Shown here one piece after another: positions 24,747 through 36,214 of a DNA stretch of 64,000 nt. Every line of letters begins with the position of its first letter. The first letter of the stretch is position 1. The position numbers and the translations under genes were made by a program. This DNA comes from Eledone cirrhosa. Its lineage: Eukaryota. Below the pieces are notes generated by a model. The model was not told the DNA's origin. It made no database searches and was given only the letters and a program-made list of their open reading frames with translations. The stretch lies in contig OZ024743.1 of NCBI GenBank assembly GCA_964016885.1, positions 79,360,001 through 79,424,000 on the forward strand, read 5' to 3'.

Positions 24747-25415
24747 AACACTGGCGAGACCTTCAAGATAGTAAGGAATCATCTGTACTCTACCAACATG
24801 CTAAAATAGAACACAAGGGTAAATTAGAGAACATAGAAATAAAAATAGAATCTACACACAGAAAAGACGCAATGTTTAGACAAATTACAGAGGCAATAAA
24901 CATAAAAGAATTACAACCAAAATTAAATAGAAAATATGAGTGGAACAGCAACATCACAACTTACAATTAAGGCCAAAATGAAAACACACACACACATAGA
25001 ACAAACAACCAACCAGTAACATGTAAATAAACAAATAAATAAATGAACATAAACACACACAGACACCCGGATGTGGCGCATGCGCAGACTGAGCACACAA
25101 CACACACACAGAAACAAAATGGTGTAGGACAGAACAAAGGAGAGGCACAGAAACAAAGAAAGGAATCCCCAGTCACTGAAGAGGTCACAGAGTGTGTGAC
25201 GAAAGAACTATGACTATATATAAACAACTATCTGGTTGTGGAACCAACCAACCAACCAGAAATTTATAAATTTATAAATTTATTATAATAAATTGAAGTG
25301 AAAGCTACTGGTGCGTGTGTTTCTTATTGGCAACATGACCCTCCCAAAGTATAACAATATCGGTTTCAACACACGGTTTCAGATAAAGAATCTTGCTAAA
25401 CAAATTCAGAAACGA
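24742..25415 (+). mobile_element. Penelope-like element, short 5'-truncated copy
   Basis: 24742-25360 nearly identical to 26662-27291. Confidence 0.9.
25171..25215 (+). ncRNA. Minimal type I hammerhead motif in PLE pLTR
   Basis: AGTCA-CTGAAGA-GGTCACA-GAGTG-TGTGAC-GAAA-GAAC-TA-TGACT. Confidence 0.75.
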
Positions 25416-25436
25416 AATATATATAAATAGATATAG

Positions 25437-25533
<97 letters not shown>

Positions 25534-25534
<1 letters not shown>

Positions 25535-26414
25535 TAGCAGAAGTACCCAGCATTGCCCGGGTGTAAGTAGACCTTTGCTCTGTTGTTAAAATGTGTGAAA
25601 GATACTTCCCACGCATCACAGGTGCAAAAACCTTCGAACCTCAAGGAAAAAAACAGAGGTTAGTAGACGCAGGTGTGTAATTGACCATAAATAATGGATC
25701 AATTGTAGGTACATAGTGTATCGTTGAAATTGTTCTTTGCACGACTGACGGAAGTCAAATTCACTTGAAATTGAATTTTCAGTTGATTTTTAAAGCAGGG
25801 TGAAAAAGTCGATTTTTTTCACAGTTTTTTTTTTTTTACAATTTTTGCGCTCACATGTGCAGAAGAAGAAATCATTATCTGAAATCATTATCTGAACCGC
25901 GGCATAATGGCGAGTCTTTTCCGACAGTTTTCAAGAAAATCGGACGTTCCTTAAAAAGTTTTCCCATGTGCAACTTTGCCTTGGTTTTGCGCAAAGTCGA
26001 AACCCCGCTTCAGTTTTATTGATTTTCTGCATGAATGCATGATCTCTGAAGTAGATTTGAGTAGCTAAAAACCTGTCCCGGTAAATTTGCTATAGGTGAA
26101 AAAAAGTTGATCAAAATTGTGTCTAGGGTTATTGCCCTTTGCAACAGCCTCAACGTGTCTTCAAGTATGGTTTGCTAATTTGTTGTGGAACTAAATCGAC
26201 TTTCGTCAAATTGGGCCGAGGAAACAATGTTTCCATTTGTCTTTCTAGCTGGTGTACCCGGTTACACTCGGGGTTATAAGGCGCTGGATTAAAACGGGTC
26301 TGCACTAAATTCCAGCAGGATGCTTTAACCGAAATAAATGAAGAACAAACGTTTCTTTTTGTGCTCCAATCTATGATATTGGTATTTTGAAAAAATAGTC
26401 CACAAACATCCATG
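25534..26414 (-). mobile_element. 3' portion of the Helitron-like element, inverted
   Basis: Minus strand ends CCCGGGCAATGCTGGG-TACTTCTG-CTAG|T: subterminal hairpin plus CTAG terminus. Confidence 0.7.
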
Positions 26415-26461
26415 TTCAAAAGGGTATGTCTTGCTAATAAGTGTTTTTACGGGGGTACCTG

Positions 26462-26890
26462 GTAAAAACACTTATTAGCAAGACATACCCTTTTCAAAGA
26501 CCCTCATGTATAGATAAGAAATGTATAACCTGTAAAATAAGCCCCCATATTAACTGTAAAACTAGAAATGTAGTGTATAGCATAAGATGTACTGAAGGAC
26601 AATGTAGAGATAAAAATATAGTGTACATAGGTGAGACAGCTCGTAGTGTAGGGGAATGGATAAATGAACACTGGCGAGACCTTCAAGATAGTAAAGAATC
26701 ATCTGTACTCTACCAACATGCTAAAATAGAACACAAGGGTAAATTAGAGAACATAGAAATAAAAATAGAATCTACACACAGAAAAGACGCAATGTTTAGA
26801 CAAATTACAGAGGCAATAAACATAAAAGAATTACAACCAAAATTAAATAGAAAATATGAGTGGAACAGCAACATCACAACTTACAATTAA
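26462..26890 (+). pseudogene. GIY-YIG endonuclease fragment of a PLE with Cys-rich linker
   Basis: CIDKKCITC, NVVYSIRC, VYIGETAR, EH, EAINI, LNRKYEW; W occupies the usual catalytic R position (GEWINEH). Confidence 0.85.
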
Positions 26891-27090
26891 GGCCAAAATG
26901 AAAACACACACACACATAGAACAAACAACCAACCAGTAACATGTAAATAAACAAATAAATAAATGAACATAAACACACACAGACACCCGGATGTGGCGCA
27001 TGCGCAGACTGAGCACACAACACACACACAGAAACAAAATGGCGTAGGACAGAACAAAGGAGAGGCACAGAAACAAAGAAAGGAATCCCC

Positions 27091-27134
27091 AGTCACTGAA
27101 GAGGTCACAGAGTGTGTGACGAAAGAACTATGAC
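27091..27134 (+). ncRNA. Minimal type I hammerhead motif in PLE pLTR
   Basis: Same as 25171-25215, with 4-bp stem I GTCA/TGAC. Confidence 0.75.
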
Positions 27135-27446
27135 AATATCTAAACAACTATCTGGTTGTGGAACCAACCAACCAACCAGAAATTTATAAATTTATAAATT
27201 TATTATAAATTTATTATAATAAATTGAAGTGAAAGCTACTGGTGCGTGTGTTTCTTATTGGCAACATGACCCTCCCAAAGTATAACAATATTTATATATA
27301 TATAATTTTATATATCTATATTTATATATATATATATATATTTATATTTTTTAAATATTTTTCTCAATGGATGAATGATTCTGAGTAGAAAAGAGTGTGT
27401 ATAGGTGGTGGTGTAGGTGGTGGTAGTAGAGGTGGTGGTAGTGGTA

Positions 27447-28378
27447 CAGTCGAGTCCGCTTAAGAGTATACCATCGGGAATGGAAAATAGTATACTCTTA
27501 ACCGCACTATACTCTTATCCGGACTAAGTAAAAATCTTCCATAGTATTATTATTTTGAGTCTTTCAATGATTAAAAATCGCTTTATTATCATTTAAAATG
27601 CATTTATAAGTAAAAAAATGAAAGTTACACCAAAAAATTCAACAAGAATTATTGCAAATTATAGATAAATTAAGCAATATTTCCACATATTGGTATGCAA
27701 TTTTTATATCTTAAAAATAGTCCAAAATGCTTTTTTGCACTCGATTTCTCGCAATTTAAAAAAAAAATCAATTACTTCGATTTCAGACGGAGTATAATTT
27801 TCAAAACGATTGCATCATATAGGACCGTACAGTCAACAAAGCATTTATTCCTTCTTTTCCAGAGATCTAAAATATTGATAAATGATTAAAGTTATGTTAG
27901 GTACCTATGCAGATTCATATAAATATAAAAATAATACATACTAACCTTTGAGTAATAGATATTTTTTGAGTAATGGATAAAGCAGAGCGTTTCAAAGACA
28001 TTTTTATTACACAATGAATTATTATTTTTGTATTTGCATATATTAAACTTAAAATTGCTTTTAAAATTGCTTTTAGAATGGTTGTATAAATGACATCATC
28101 GCATTTCATTTTGAATTGTTTTAAAATGGTTGTTACATTATAAGCCCAATTTACTTTACCGTATTCATTATACTCTTATACGGACTAAATTATATAGGAA
28201 ATATATAAACGGGAATTAATTATGCTATACTCTTATGCGAACTATACTCTTATCCGATATACTCATAAGCGGACCCATGCACTGTACAAAACATAGTACA
28301 TAAATTCGGGAATTGATTCTGCTACACTCTTAAGCGGCCTATATTCTTATCCGATATACTCTTAAGCGGACTCGAATG
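27447..28378 (-). mobile_element. pogo/Tigger-like (Tc1/mariner) internal-deletion derivative
   Basis: 24-bp TIR CAGTCGAGTCCGCTTAAGAGTATA (1 mismatch), TA on both sides, subterminal TATACTCTTA repeats, remnants KRSALSITQKISI and QKSILDYF*. Confidence 0.88.
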
Positions 28379-28913
28379 TACTAGTATAGGTGGTGTTGGT
28401 GGTAGTATAGGTGGTAAAGGTGGTGTAGGTGGTGTTGGTGGTATAAGTGTGGTATAAGTAGTGGTGGTGTAGGTGGTGTTGGTGGTATAAGTGGTGGTGG
28501 TGTAGGTGGTGGTGATGTAGGCGGTGTTGGTGGTAAAGGTGTTGACACAGAAGTCATGTTACCTCCCCTTGACCCAGTACTCTCCTGTCAGTGAAATGTA
28601 AATAGCTCTCAATATCACTGGAACCATGTCCCCCAGATATATCTTCTTGACTCTCTCACACTCTCTCTCTCTCTATCTCTCGCTCTCTCCCTCCCCCATC
28701 TCCACCCCTCTCTCCCTCTCTAACCATCTGCCTCTCTCTCTCTCCCCCATTCCCCCTCCCCCCCTCCCTCCCCCCTCTCTCCAAACCCCATTCAATCTCT
28801 CCGTTCAACATAGTAACCAGAGCCAGCTGTCACCCTACCAACATATAGCCACAGCTGCTTATATTCCAGTCACCACAATTAGACCATATTTACTCTCTGT
28901 TATTACTTCTTCA

Positions 28914-29106
28914 AGGGCGGTGGTTTGGCAGTATCGGTAGAGGGTCGGACGCCATGCTTTCCAGCAGAGTTACGTCCCTTTAGGATCTGAGTTCAAATCC
29001 CGCCGAGGTTAACTTTGCCTTTCATCCTTACGGGGTCGATAAAATAAAGTACCAGTAATGTACTGGGTATTTGCTGGCCTTGTGCCAAATGTAGAAACAA
29101 TTATTA
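28914..29106 (+). mobile_element. tRNA-derived SINE (well-preserved copy)
   Basis: Same family as 3555-3731. Confidence 0.9.
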
Positions 29107-29300
29107 CTTCTTCTTTTTCTTCTTCTTCTTCACTGGCATATATGTATATGTATATACCACACCTATACTACCACCTATACACCACCAACACCTTCACTAC
29201 CACCACCTATTTATATATATATATTTATATAAACATATAATATACATCCATACACATATATTTATACATATATATGTGAGTGTGCATGCATGTATGTATG

Positions 29301-29875
29301 TACTCAGTAGACCCTGTCTCATGGTTGGGTTGTTGGCGACTAAACTGGCAACCCCACCAAGGTTTCTTGGTGAGGAGGGTGACTTTGGACATCCTGCAGG
29401 ACTAAAAACAAAACCTGTCAAAGAGAAAAGGTGCTCTTAAGAGTCAATGGCCATCCAAAATCACCGGGAGAGATGACCCCTTAGCCTTTGTCAAGGCAGA
29501 ATTCTAGGAGAAGGAAAACTCTGATATAACACTTGAAACCCTGATGGTATCCAATGATGTTGACTTGTTCTTCTTTTTGGTAAATATCATCTTGGTTAAG
29601 AGAGTGGGACTGGCTTTGTGCAGTGCCTTTGCTCACTATAAAAGCTTCACGGTACAGGCATTGCTTTATATCTGGAGATCTCTCTGCACTTGTCGTCTCA
29701 TGGTACCATGAGCCCAGCACTATGTCAATAATTGTCACAGGTGTAGTGTTTGTACCAGAGTTTTCAAGTTGCTGGCTGGACTGAAAAGTCACACTCGTTC
29801 AGCGCTTCGGTAGAGGTTCTCCTACATGGATATAAAGTAGTGGCCGTACTCGAAAACGAGTTGGCAGCCACCATG
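29301..29875 (+). mobile_element. Non-autonomous retroposon family A (longest copy)
   Basis: Contains CTAGGAGAAGGAAAACTCTGATATAAC (RTE 5'UTR-like motif); fixed 3' end GGCAGCCACCATG. Confidence 0.85.
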
Positions 29876-29894
29876 TACTCATGTAAGCTGGTGA

Positions 29895-29942
<48 letters not shown>

Positions 29943-29994
29943 ATGAACACGCGAATGAATATATGCACAATATGTGTGCAATGAGTTGAACGTT

Positions 29995-30329
29995 TGTGTG
30001 CGGTACTGTATATGTGTAGTGTAGTGTGTGTGTGTGAGTGCAGTACTGTATATGTGTAGTGTAGTATGTGTGTGCGTGCGCGCAGTACTGTATATGTGTA
30101 GTGTAGTGTGTGTGTGTGTGTGTGTGCAGTACTGTATATGTGTAGTGTAGTGTGTGTGTGTGCAGTACTGTATATGTGTAGTGTAGTGTGTGTGTGTGCA
30201 GTACTGTATATGTGTAGTGTGTGTGTGTGTGTGTGTGTGCAGTACTGTATATGTGTAGTGTGTGTATGTGGTGCAGTACTGTATATGTGTAGTGTGTGTG
30301 TGTGTGCAGTACTGTATATGTGTAGTGTA

Positions 30330-30361
<32 letters not shown>

Positions 30362-30422
30362 AGTACTGTATATGTGTAGTGTAGGTGTGTGTGTGTGTGT
30401 GCACTACTATATATGTGTATTG

Positions 30423-30456
<34 letters not shown>

Positions 30457-30476
30457 AATACTGTATATGTGTAGTG

Positions 30477-30518
<42 letters not shown>

Positions 30519-30740
30519 ATGTATATGTGTAGTGTGTGTGTGTGTGCAGAACTGTATATGTGTAGTGTAGTATGTGTGTGTATGTGTGTACAGTACTGTA
30601 TATGTGTAGCGTAGTGTGTGTCTGTGGAGTACTGTATATGTGTAGTGTGTGTGTGTGCAGTACTGTATATGTGTAGTGTAGTGTGTGTGTGTGTGTGTGT
30701 GTGCAGTACTGTATATGTGTAGTATAGTGTGTGTGTGCAG
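29995..30740. repeat. Compound minisatellite: GCAGTACTGTATATGTGTAGT(GTAGT) plus (GT)n
   Basis: About 20 cores separated by variable GT runs. Confidence 0.92.
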
Positions 30741-31121
30741 TCACGTTCCTTTTCGCCTCCGTCGTCTGCTGCTGCCCTCTAATGTAACCTTATACCAATT
30801 TTACTCCTTCAATATCTTTGATGGACACCGATTATTTTCATGCCCTATCCCTCCGGGGCCGTTAACGGCGGCGAGAGTGCAATGAGATTCTCAAGAGGCA
30901 GACGTTAGTTGATGGCCAACACACGACCGAGTCCGTCAAAGAAATTCGGGTAACACCACATGACGGAATTGCTAGTAAAATGTAGAAAGTTCTCGTCAGA
31001 GTTGACCGCTGTACATTTCAACCGCAATATTTTATACAACCATACATCTCACTTATTGCACTTCCACTAATCAATTTTACCCCTCCCACACTGATGTCCT
31101 CTCTCTATTCACCTCCCCCTC

Positions 31122-31162
<41 letters not shown>

Positions 31163-31163
31163 T

Positions 31164-31230
<67 letters not shown>

Positions 31231-31321
31231 ATTTCAAGCCCCACCTCTCTCTCCACATTGCTACCAATGTATAACGTGATGCATATTACATTATCACATC
31301 ACTGTTTCTCACTGTATGTAT

Positions 31322-32673
31322 ATTATCTCTTTCTCTTAATTTCGAGTATATTTTTTGACCGGCCACCTTCCTGGTGGCAAGATTGTAAAAGAAAAGAAAT
31401 TGTCATCCCTTGAATTGCAAGAATGTTTTGCAAATTTTGAAGGTGCCAGCTATCGCAGCCATTTGTAGACAATGAATTAGGGAGCTGTGCTGTTTGTCCG
31501 CAAATCCAAGTTCAGTCATACTTTGGTCCAAGCGGGTTGGTATATAACCCGTAGCTCCAATAATGATGGGTATGAAGCTAAAGGTGTATCTTGGATACTG
31601 GATTTGTAAACTCCTCATCAATGGTCCGTAGATATCCTCCTACTTCTGTATTTTTCTGACAACGTTTACATCAAGTGGGTAGCTGATCTCCACAACAGAA
31701 CACGTTTTCAATGTGTGGTCCCAAACAAAAATATCAGGCCGGTTGTGCTTTAATTTGGTGGCAGTTTTTATTTTCAGGTTCCACCAGTATTCCTTAGTGC
31801 CATCTGTCTCAATATATTCCTCCTCGTTTGTTGTTAATTTTGTTTTCCGAAGTGCGTTCCAGATGGTTCTAGCTATCCCATCGTGTCTCATGGGGAGGTA
31901 GTAGCGAGATTACATTCTTTCGCAGCTGGCAACAATGTGACTTACATCTTCGATCTTTGTTTTACATAACCTGCATTTATTGTCAGCTGATGACCCTCCT
32001 CTTTTGTGCAGCAGATATTTGGTAGGGAGTTCTTGTTCCTGTATTGCATAGAGATATCCCTCAAGGTGTGATGTCATAAACTTGTAGGAACTCCATGCCA
32101 GGCTTTTTGAGTGGTTTATCCCCTCTATGGTTTGTGTTTTACGCCTCAAGTATCCATGCACAACTTTTTCTGTAAATTGGTCAATTTTTTCATCTTGTTT
32201 GAACATTGAATAGGATCCTCCGATTTCTCTGGGTGAGAGATTTATATCAGGCTTTATTTCATATCTCTCCTCCGGATCAGTGGCTATCCTAATGATATTT
32301 TTTTTTCATGCTCATAAACCTGGGCAAGATGGTTGCCAACCTTTTTCCTCTGTTGAAGATGTTGCTTCAGTGTTACTATCCGGGTCTCATATGATGTTAA
32401 TATTGATTTTAGACCCCGGCCACCTTCCTTGCGTGAGAAGTATAGCCTATCCACATCACCATTGATGTTAAAGTTCCCAGTAAAACTGAGAAGTTTGCGA
32501 GTTCTAACATCCATCTCACGTAGTTCTTGCAATGACCAGTTCAGCAGGCCAAATGTTGGCGTTAGAATTGGCACAGCATAAGTATTGTGGGCAATGTATT
32601 TGTTGTATGCTGACAGTTCTGATGACCATATTTTCTTTACTCTTCTGAGGTATTCAGTTCTGGTTCTCTCCTT
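31322..32673 (-). pseudogene. 5'-truncated, frameshifted R4/Dong-clade RLE LINE
   Basis: RLYFSRKEGGRGL, CRLC-H-C zinc knuckle, RHD, HNRPDI..VVEIS (PD-(D/E)XK), IPIIIGATG. Confidence 0.92.
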
Positions 32674-32721
32674 ATGTATGTATGTATGTATGTATGTATG
32701 TATGTATGTATGTATGTATGT

Positions 32722-33274
32722 ATGGTCGGGTCGTTGGCGACTAAACTGGCAACCCCACCAAGGTTTCTTGGTGAGGAGGGTGACTTTGGACATCCTGCAG
32801 GGCTAAAAACAAAACCTGTCAAAGGGCAAAGGAGCTCTTAAGAGTCAATGGCCATCCAAAATCACCGGGAGAGATGACCCCTTAGCCTTTGTCAAGGCAG
32901 AATTCTAGGAGAAGGAAAACTCTGATATAACACCTGAAACCCTGATGGTATCCAATGATGTTGACTTGTTCTTCTTTTTGGTAAATATCATCTTGGTTAA
33001 GAGAGTGGGACTGGCTTTGTGCAGTGCCTTTGCTCACTATAAAAGCTTCACGGCACAGGCATTGCTTTATATCTGGAGATCTCTCTGCACTTGTCATCAC
33101 GTGGTACCATGGGCCCAGCACTATGTGTCAATAATTGTCACAAGTGTAGTGTTTGTACCAGAGTTTTCAAGTCGCTGGCTGGACTAACAAGTCACACTCG
33201 TTCAGCGCATCGGTAAGGGTTCACCTACATATAAAGTAGTGGCCGTACTCGAAAACGAGTTGGCAGCCACCGTG
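32722..33274 (+). mobile_element. Non-autonomous retroposon family A in (TATG)n
   Basis: Near-identical to 29320-29875; (TATG)n on both sides. Confidence 0.85.
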
Positions 33275-33384
33275 TATGTATGTATGTATGTATGTATGTA
33301 TGTATGTATGTATGTATGTATGTATGTATGTATGTATGTATGTATGTATGTATATGTGTGTATGCATGTATATGTGTGTGTGTA

Positions 33385-33935
33385 TGTGTGTATGTTCTTC
33401 TGGTTTTATAATTTCACAAAGTTTTACCAATAGAGGGAGAGAGTCAGTTTCTAACATAGACACAAGACTCTCACATTGGAATTTACACATCAACTAGGTA
33501 GATATGCATGTATGCATGCATGTGTAGATATGGATGTTATTGTATGTGTGGATGTGTATCTTTTGAGTTGTATGTGTGCATGTGTATATGCTTTGCATCT
33601 GTACATGTGTATATGCAGTTATTAGATGCAAAATATTTGGAATGTTTTATATATTTTTACTGTTCCATTAATGGATTGTACTTGTAATTTCCTTACTAGT
33701 TGTTTTCTTTCTGTTCCTGTGAAGCCTAGCTTCTCAAGATTTGTATTGAGGCAGTTACTAACATACCCTAGTGCCCAATAATCACAGGCATAAATCTGAA
33801 GGTGTAATCAGGGTGGACTATCTGCAGATTTCTCATCAGTTCTGCATAAATATTCTCCTTTTCACTAATCTTTGATATTATATTGGCATCTGCTGGGCAG
33901 CTAATTTCCACTACTGTGCATGCTTTCTTCTCCCT
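33385..33935 (-). mobile_element. 3' fragment of a second R4/Dong-clade LINE family
   Basis: CTVVEISCPADANIISKISEKENIYAELMRNLQIVHPDYTFRFMPVIIG/LGYVSNCLNTNLEKLGF...GTVKIYKTF; ends ATAAAACCAGAAGAA then CATAC repeats. Confidence 0.85.
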
Positions 33936-34084
33936 ATGTATGTATGTATGTATGTATGTATGTATGTATGTATGTATGTATGTATGTATGTATGTATGTA
34001 TGTATGTATGTATGTATGTATGTATGTATGTGTGTGCGTATGTGTGTATGTATGTATGTGTGTATGTGTGTATGTATGTATGTA

Positions 34085-34353
34085 TGTTTTTCTGGTTTTA
34101 TAATTTCACGAATTTTTACCAATAGAGAGAGAGTCTGTTTCTAACATAGACACACCACTCTCTCATTGGAATTTACACAATATCAACTAGGTAGATTATG
34201 TATGCATGCATGTGTAGATATGTATGTTATTATATGTGTGTATGTGTATGTTTTGAGTTATATGTGTGCATGTGTATATGCTTTGTATCTGTACATGTGT
34301 ATATGCAGTTATTAGATTCAGAATTTTTGAAATGTTTTACATATTTTTACTGT
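34085..34353 (-). mobile_element. Shorter 3' fragment of the same R4/Dong family
   Basis: Diverged copy of 33390-33664; (TATG)n on both sides. Confidence 0.8.
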
Positions 34354-34380
34354 TGTATGTATGCATACATTACATACATA

Positions 34381-34918
34381 CATGATGGCTACAACGCGAT
34401 TTCGAGTAATGTTATCACTTGATACTTAAGTACGACGTGGCTTTTTAGTCCTGCTCGGGACTTGCCTGTGGTCAGCAATACCATTTACCGCAAAAAATGC
34501 CACATATCATGTGATGCCTATGCTTGAAGCTTTTTTAAGTGAGGAAAGGTTTTGCAGGGGGCCAATCCCACTTTCTGGACATCGAATGCATTTACCCAAA
34601 AAGAAGAACTGGTCTACATCATTGGCTGCAAATGAAGGTGCAAGTTTTATATCAGAGTGACCTTCTCCTAGAGAGATGTATTAATGGAGGCTAGGGGTCT
34701 CTCGCTACAAAAAAAAAAAAAAAAATAATAATGATATTCTTTATTGGATGGTTGTTGACTCACCTGAGTTTCTTCGCCCTTTAATGGGTTTTATTTTTCA
34801 GCTCGTAGGGTGTCCCAAATCCTCCTCCTCACCAAGCAATCTTGGTGGGGTTGCCAGTTTAGTCGCTGCCGGCCCAATCATGCAGAGGTTGTACTGGGTT
34901 ACATGTTAACAGTAGCGC
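34381..34918 (-). mobile_element. Non-autonomous retroposon family B
   Basis: Homologous to 6097-6597. Confidence 0.8.
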
Positions 34919-34994
34919 TGAAGAGTGGCTTCACTATAATACATACAGATATACATACGTACATATATATACATACAAACAAAAATAGACCCAC

Positions 34995-35060
<66 letters not shown>

Positions 35061-35114
35061 ATATATATATATATATACATATATATGTATATGTATATGT
35101 ATATATATATATAC

Positions 35115-35145
<31 letters not shown>

Positions 35146-35185
35146 CTGATGTTGGTTATATTATCAATAGTAGTATTATTGGGCA

Positions 35186-35313
35186 CCCACTGAGAATTAT
35201 AAAAGCCCACTTGAATATATATATCTGTTGATGGTATACAAGCTCCTACATAAATTGATATAATTTCACCCAAATTGTAGGAATCTTATAATGAAACGAG
35301 ACGTCCGTCTGGG
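35186..35313 (+). ncRNA. Type I hammerhead motif with 1-nt core deletion
   Basis: CCCA-CTGA_GA-ATTATAAAA...TCTTATAAT-GAAA-CGAGACGTCCG-TC-TGGG. Confidence 0.65.
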
Positions 35314-35873
35314 AAGAGATATATTCGATATGTCTCATATAAAATAATACAGCCAATTTTCCGCACAATACAATTAGTTAGCACCCCGAACGTTTAATTA
35401 GGAATTTACTCAGTTATGTGCTAATGTTTGTTGAGCGAGTTGGAATTTAACCGGGGTATCGCTAAAAGCTTTCTCCGATAATCTATTTATTTATTTACTC
35501 TTGGTGCAACAGATATGAAATTCCCGATATAAGGTTTGACTGTCTTTGTTTATTTTTTTATATATGAATATTGATTGTTTCTTGTATCTCATTCTGTTAT
35601 TTTGCCCGAGAAAATATCTATGTGTGTACACACATAGATATTTTTTCAAGTTCCAATTGAGTTCTAGCACGTGGCCTGAATTCCTTTTAGAATTCATTGT
35701 CCTGCGCATGTATTGTTTTTTTTTTGGCGGTAATATACTTCCTCATTTTTGAATCAGTTTGAGTATTTCTTTAGAACTGCTGGAGTAGCAACCTAACAGA
35801 TACCTCAGGCACTGATGATGATTACGCTAAATACTGATGTTGATTAGATTATCAATAGTAGTATTGTTGGGCA

Positions 35874-36000
35874 CCCACTGAAGAATTATAAGAGCCCACT
35901 TGAATATATATCTGTTGATGGTATACAAGCTCCTACATAAATTGGTATAATTTCACCCAAATTGTAGGAATCTTATAATGAAACGAGACGTCCGCCTGGG
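35874..36000 (+). ncRNA. Type I hammerhead motif with intact core but GCC triplet
   Basis: CCCA-CTGAAGA-ATTATAAGA...TCTTATAAT-GAAA-CGAGACGTCCG-CC-TGGG. Confidence 0.7.
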
Positions 36001-36167
36001 AAGAGATATATTCGATATGTCTCATATGAAATAATACAGCCAATTTTCCGCACAATACAATTAGTTAGCACCCCGAACGTTTAATTAGGAATTTACTCAG
36101 TTATGTGCTAATGTTTGTTGAGTGAGTTGGAATTTGGCCGGAGTATCGCTAAAAGCTTTCTCCGATA

Positions 36168-36211
<44 letters not shown>

Positions 36212-36214
<3 letters not shown>

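Larger units (their letters stand above)
26418..27291 (+). mobile_element. Penelope-like element, 5'-truncated, with a 33-bp 5' inversion
   Basis: GIY-YIG ORF plus pLTR; arms 26418-26450 and 26462-26494 inverted. Confidence 0.9.
35143..36169 (+). mobile_element. Retrozyme-like or PLE partial-tandem element: 340-bp direct repeats around a 348-bp non-coding core
   Basis: 35143-35482 matches 35831-36169; each repeat holds a hammerhead motif; (TA)n flanks. Confidence 0.8.

Noticed and set aside
29764-30744. 326-aa His/Thr/Tyr-rich ORF
   Set aside because: Minisatellite translation.
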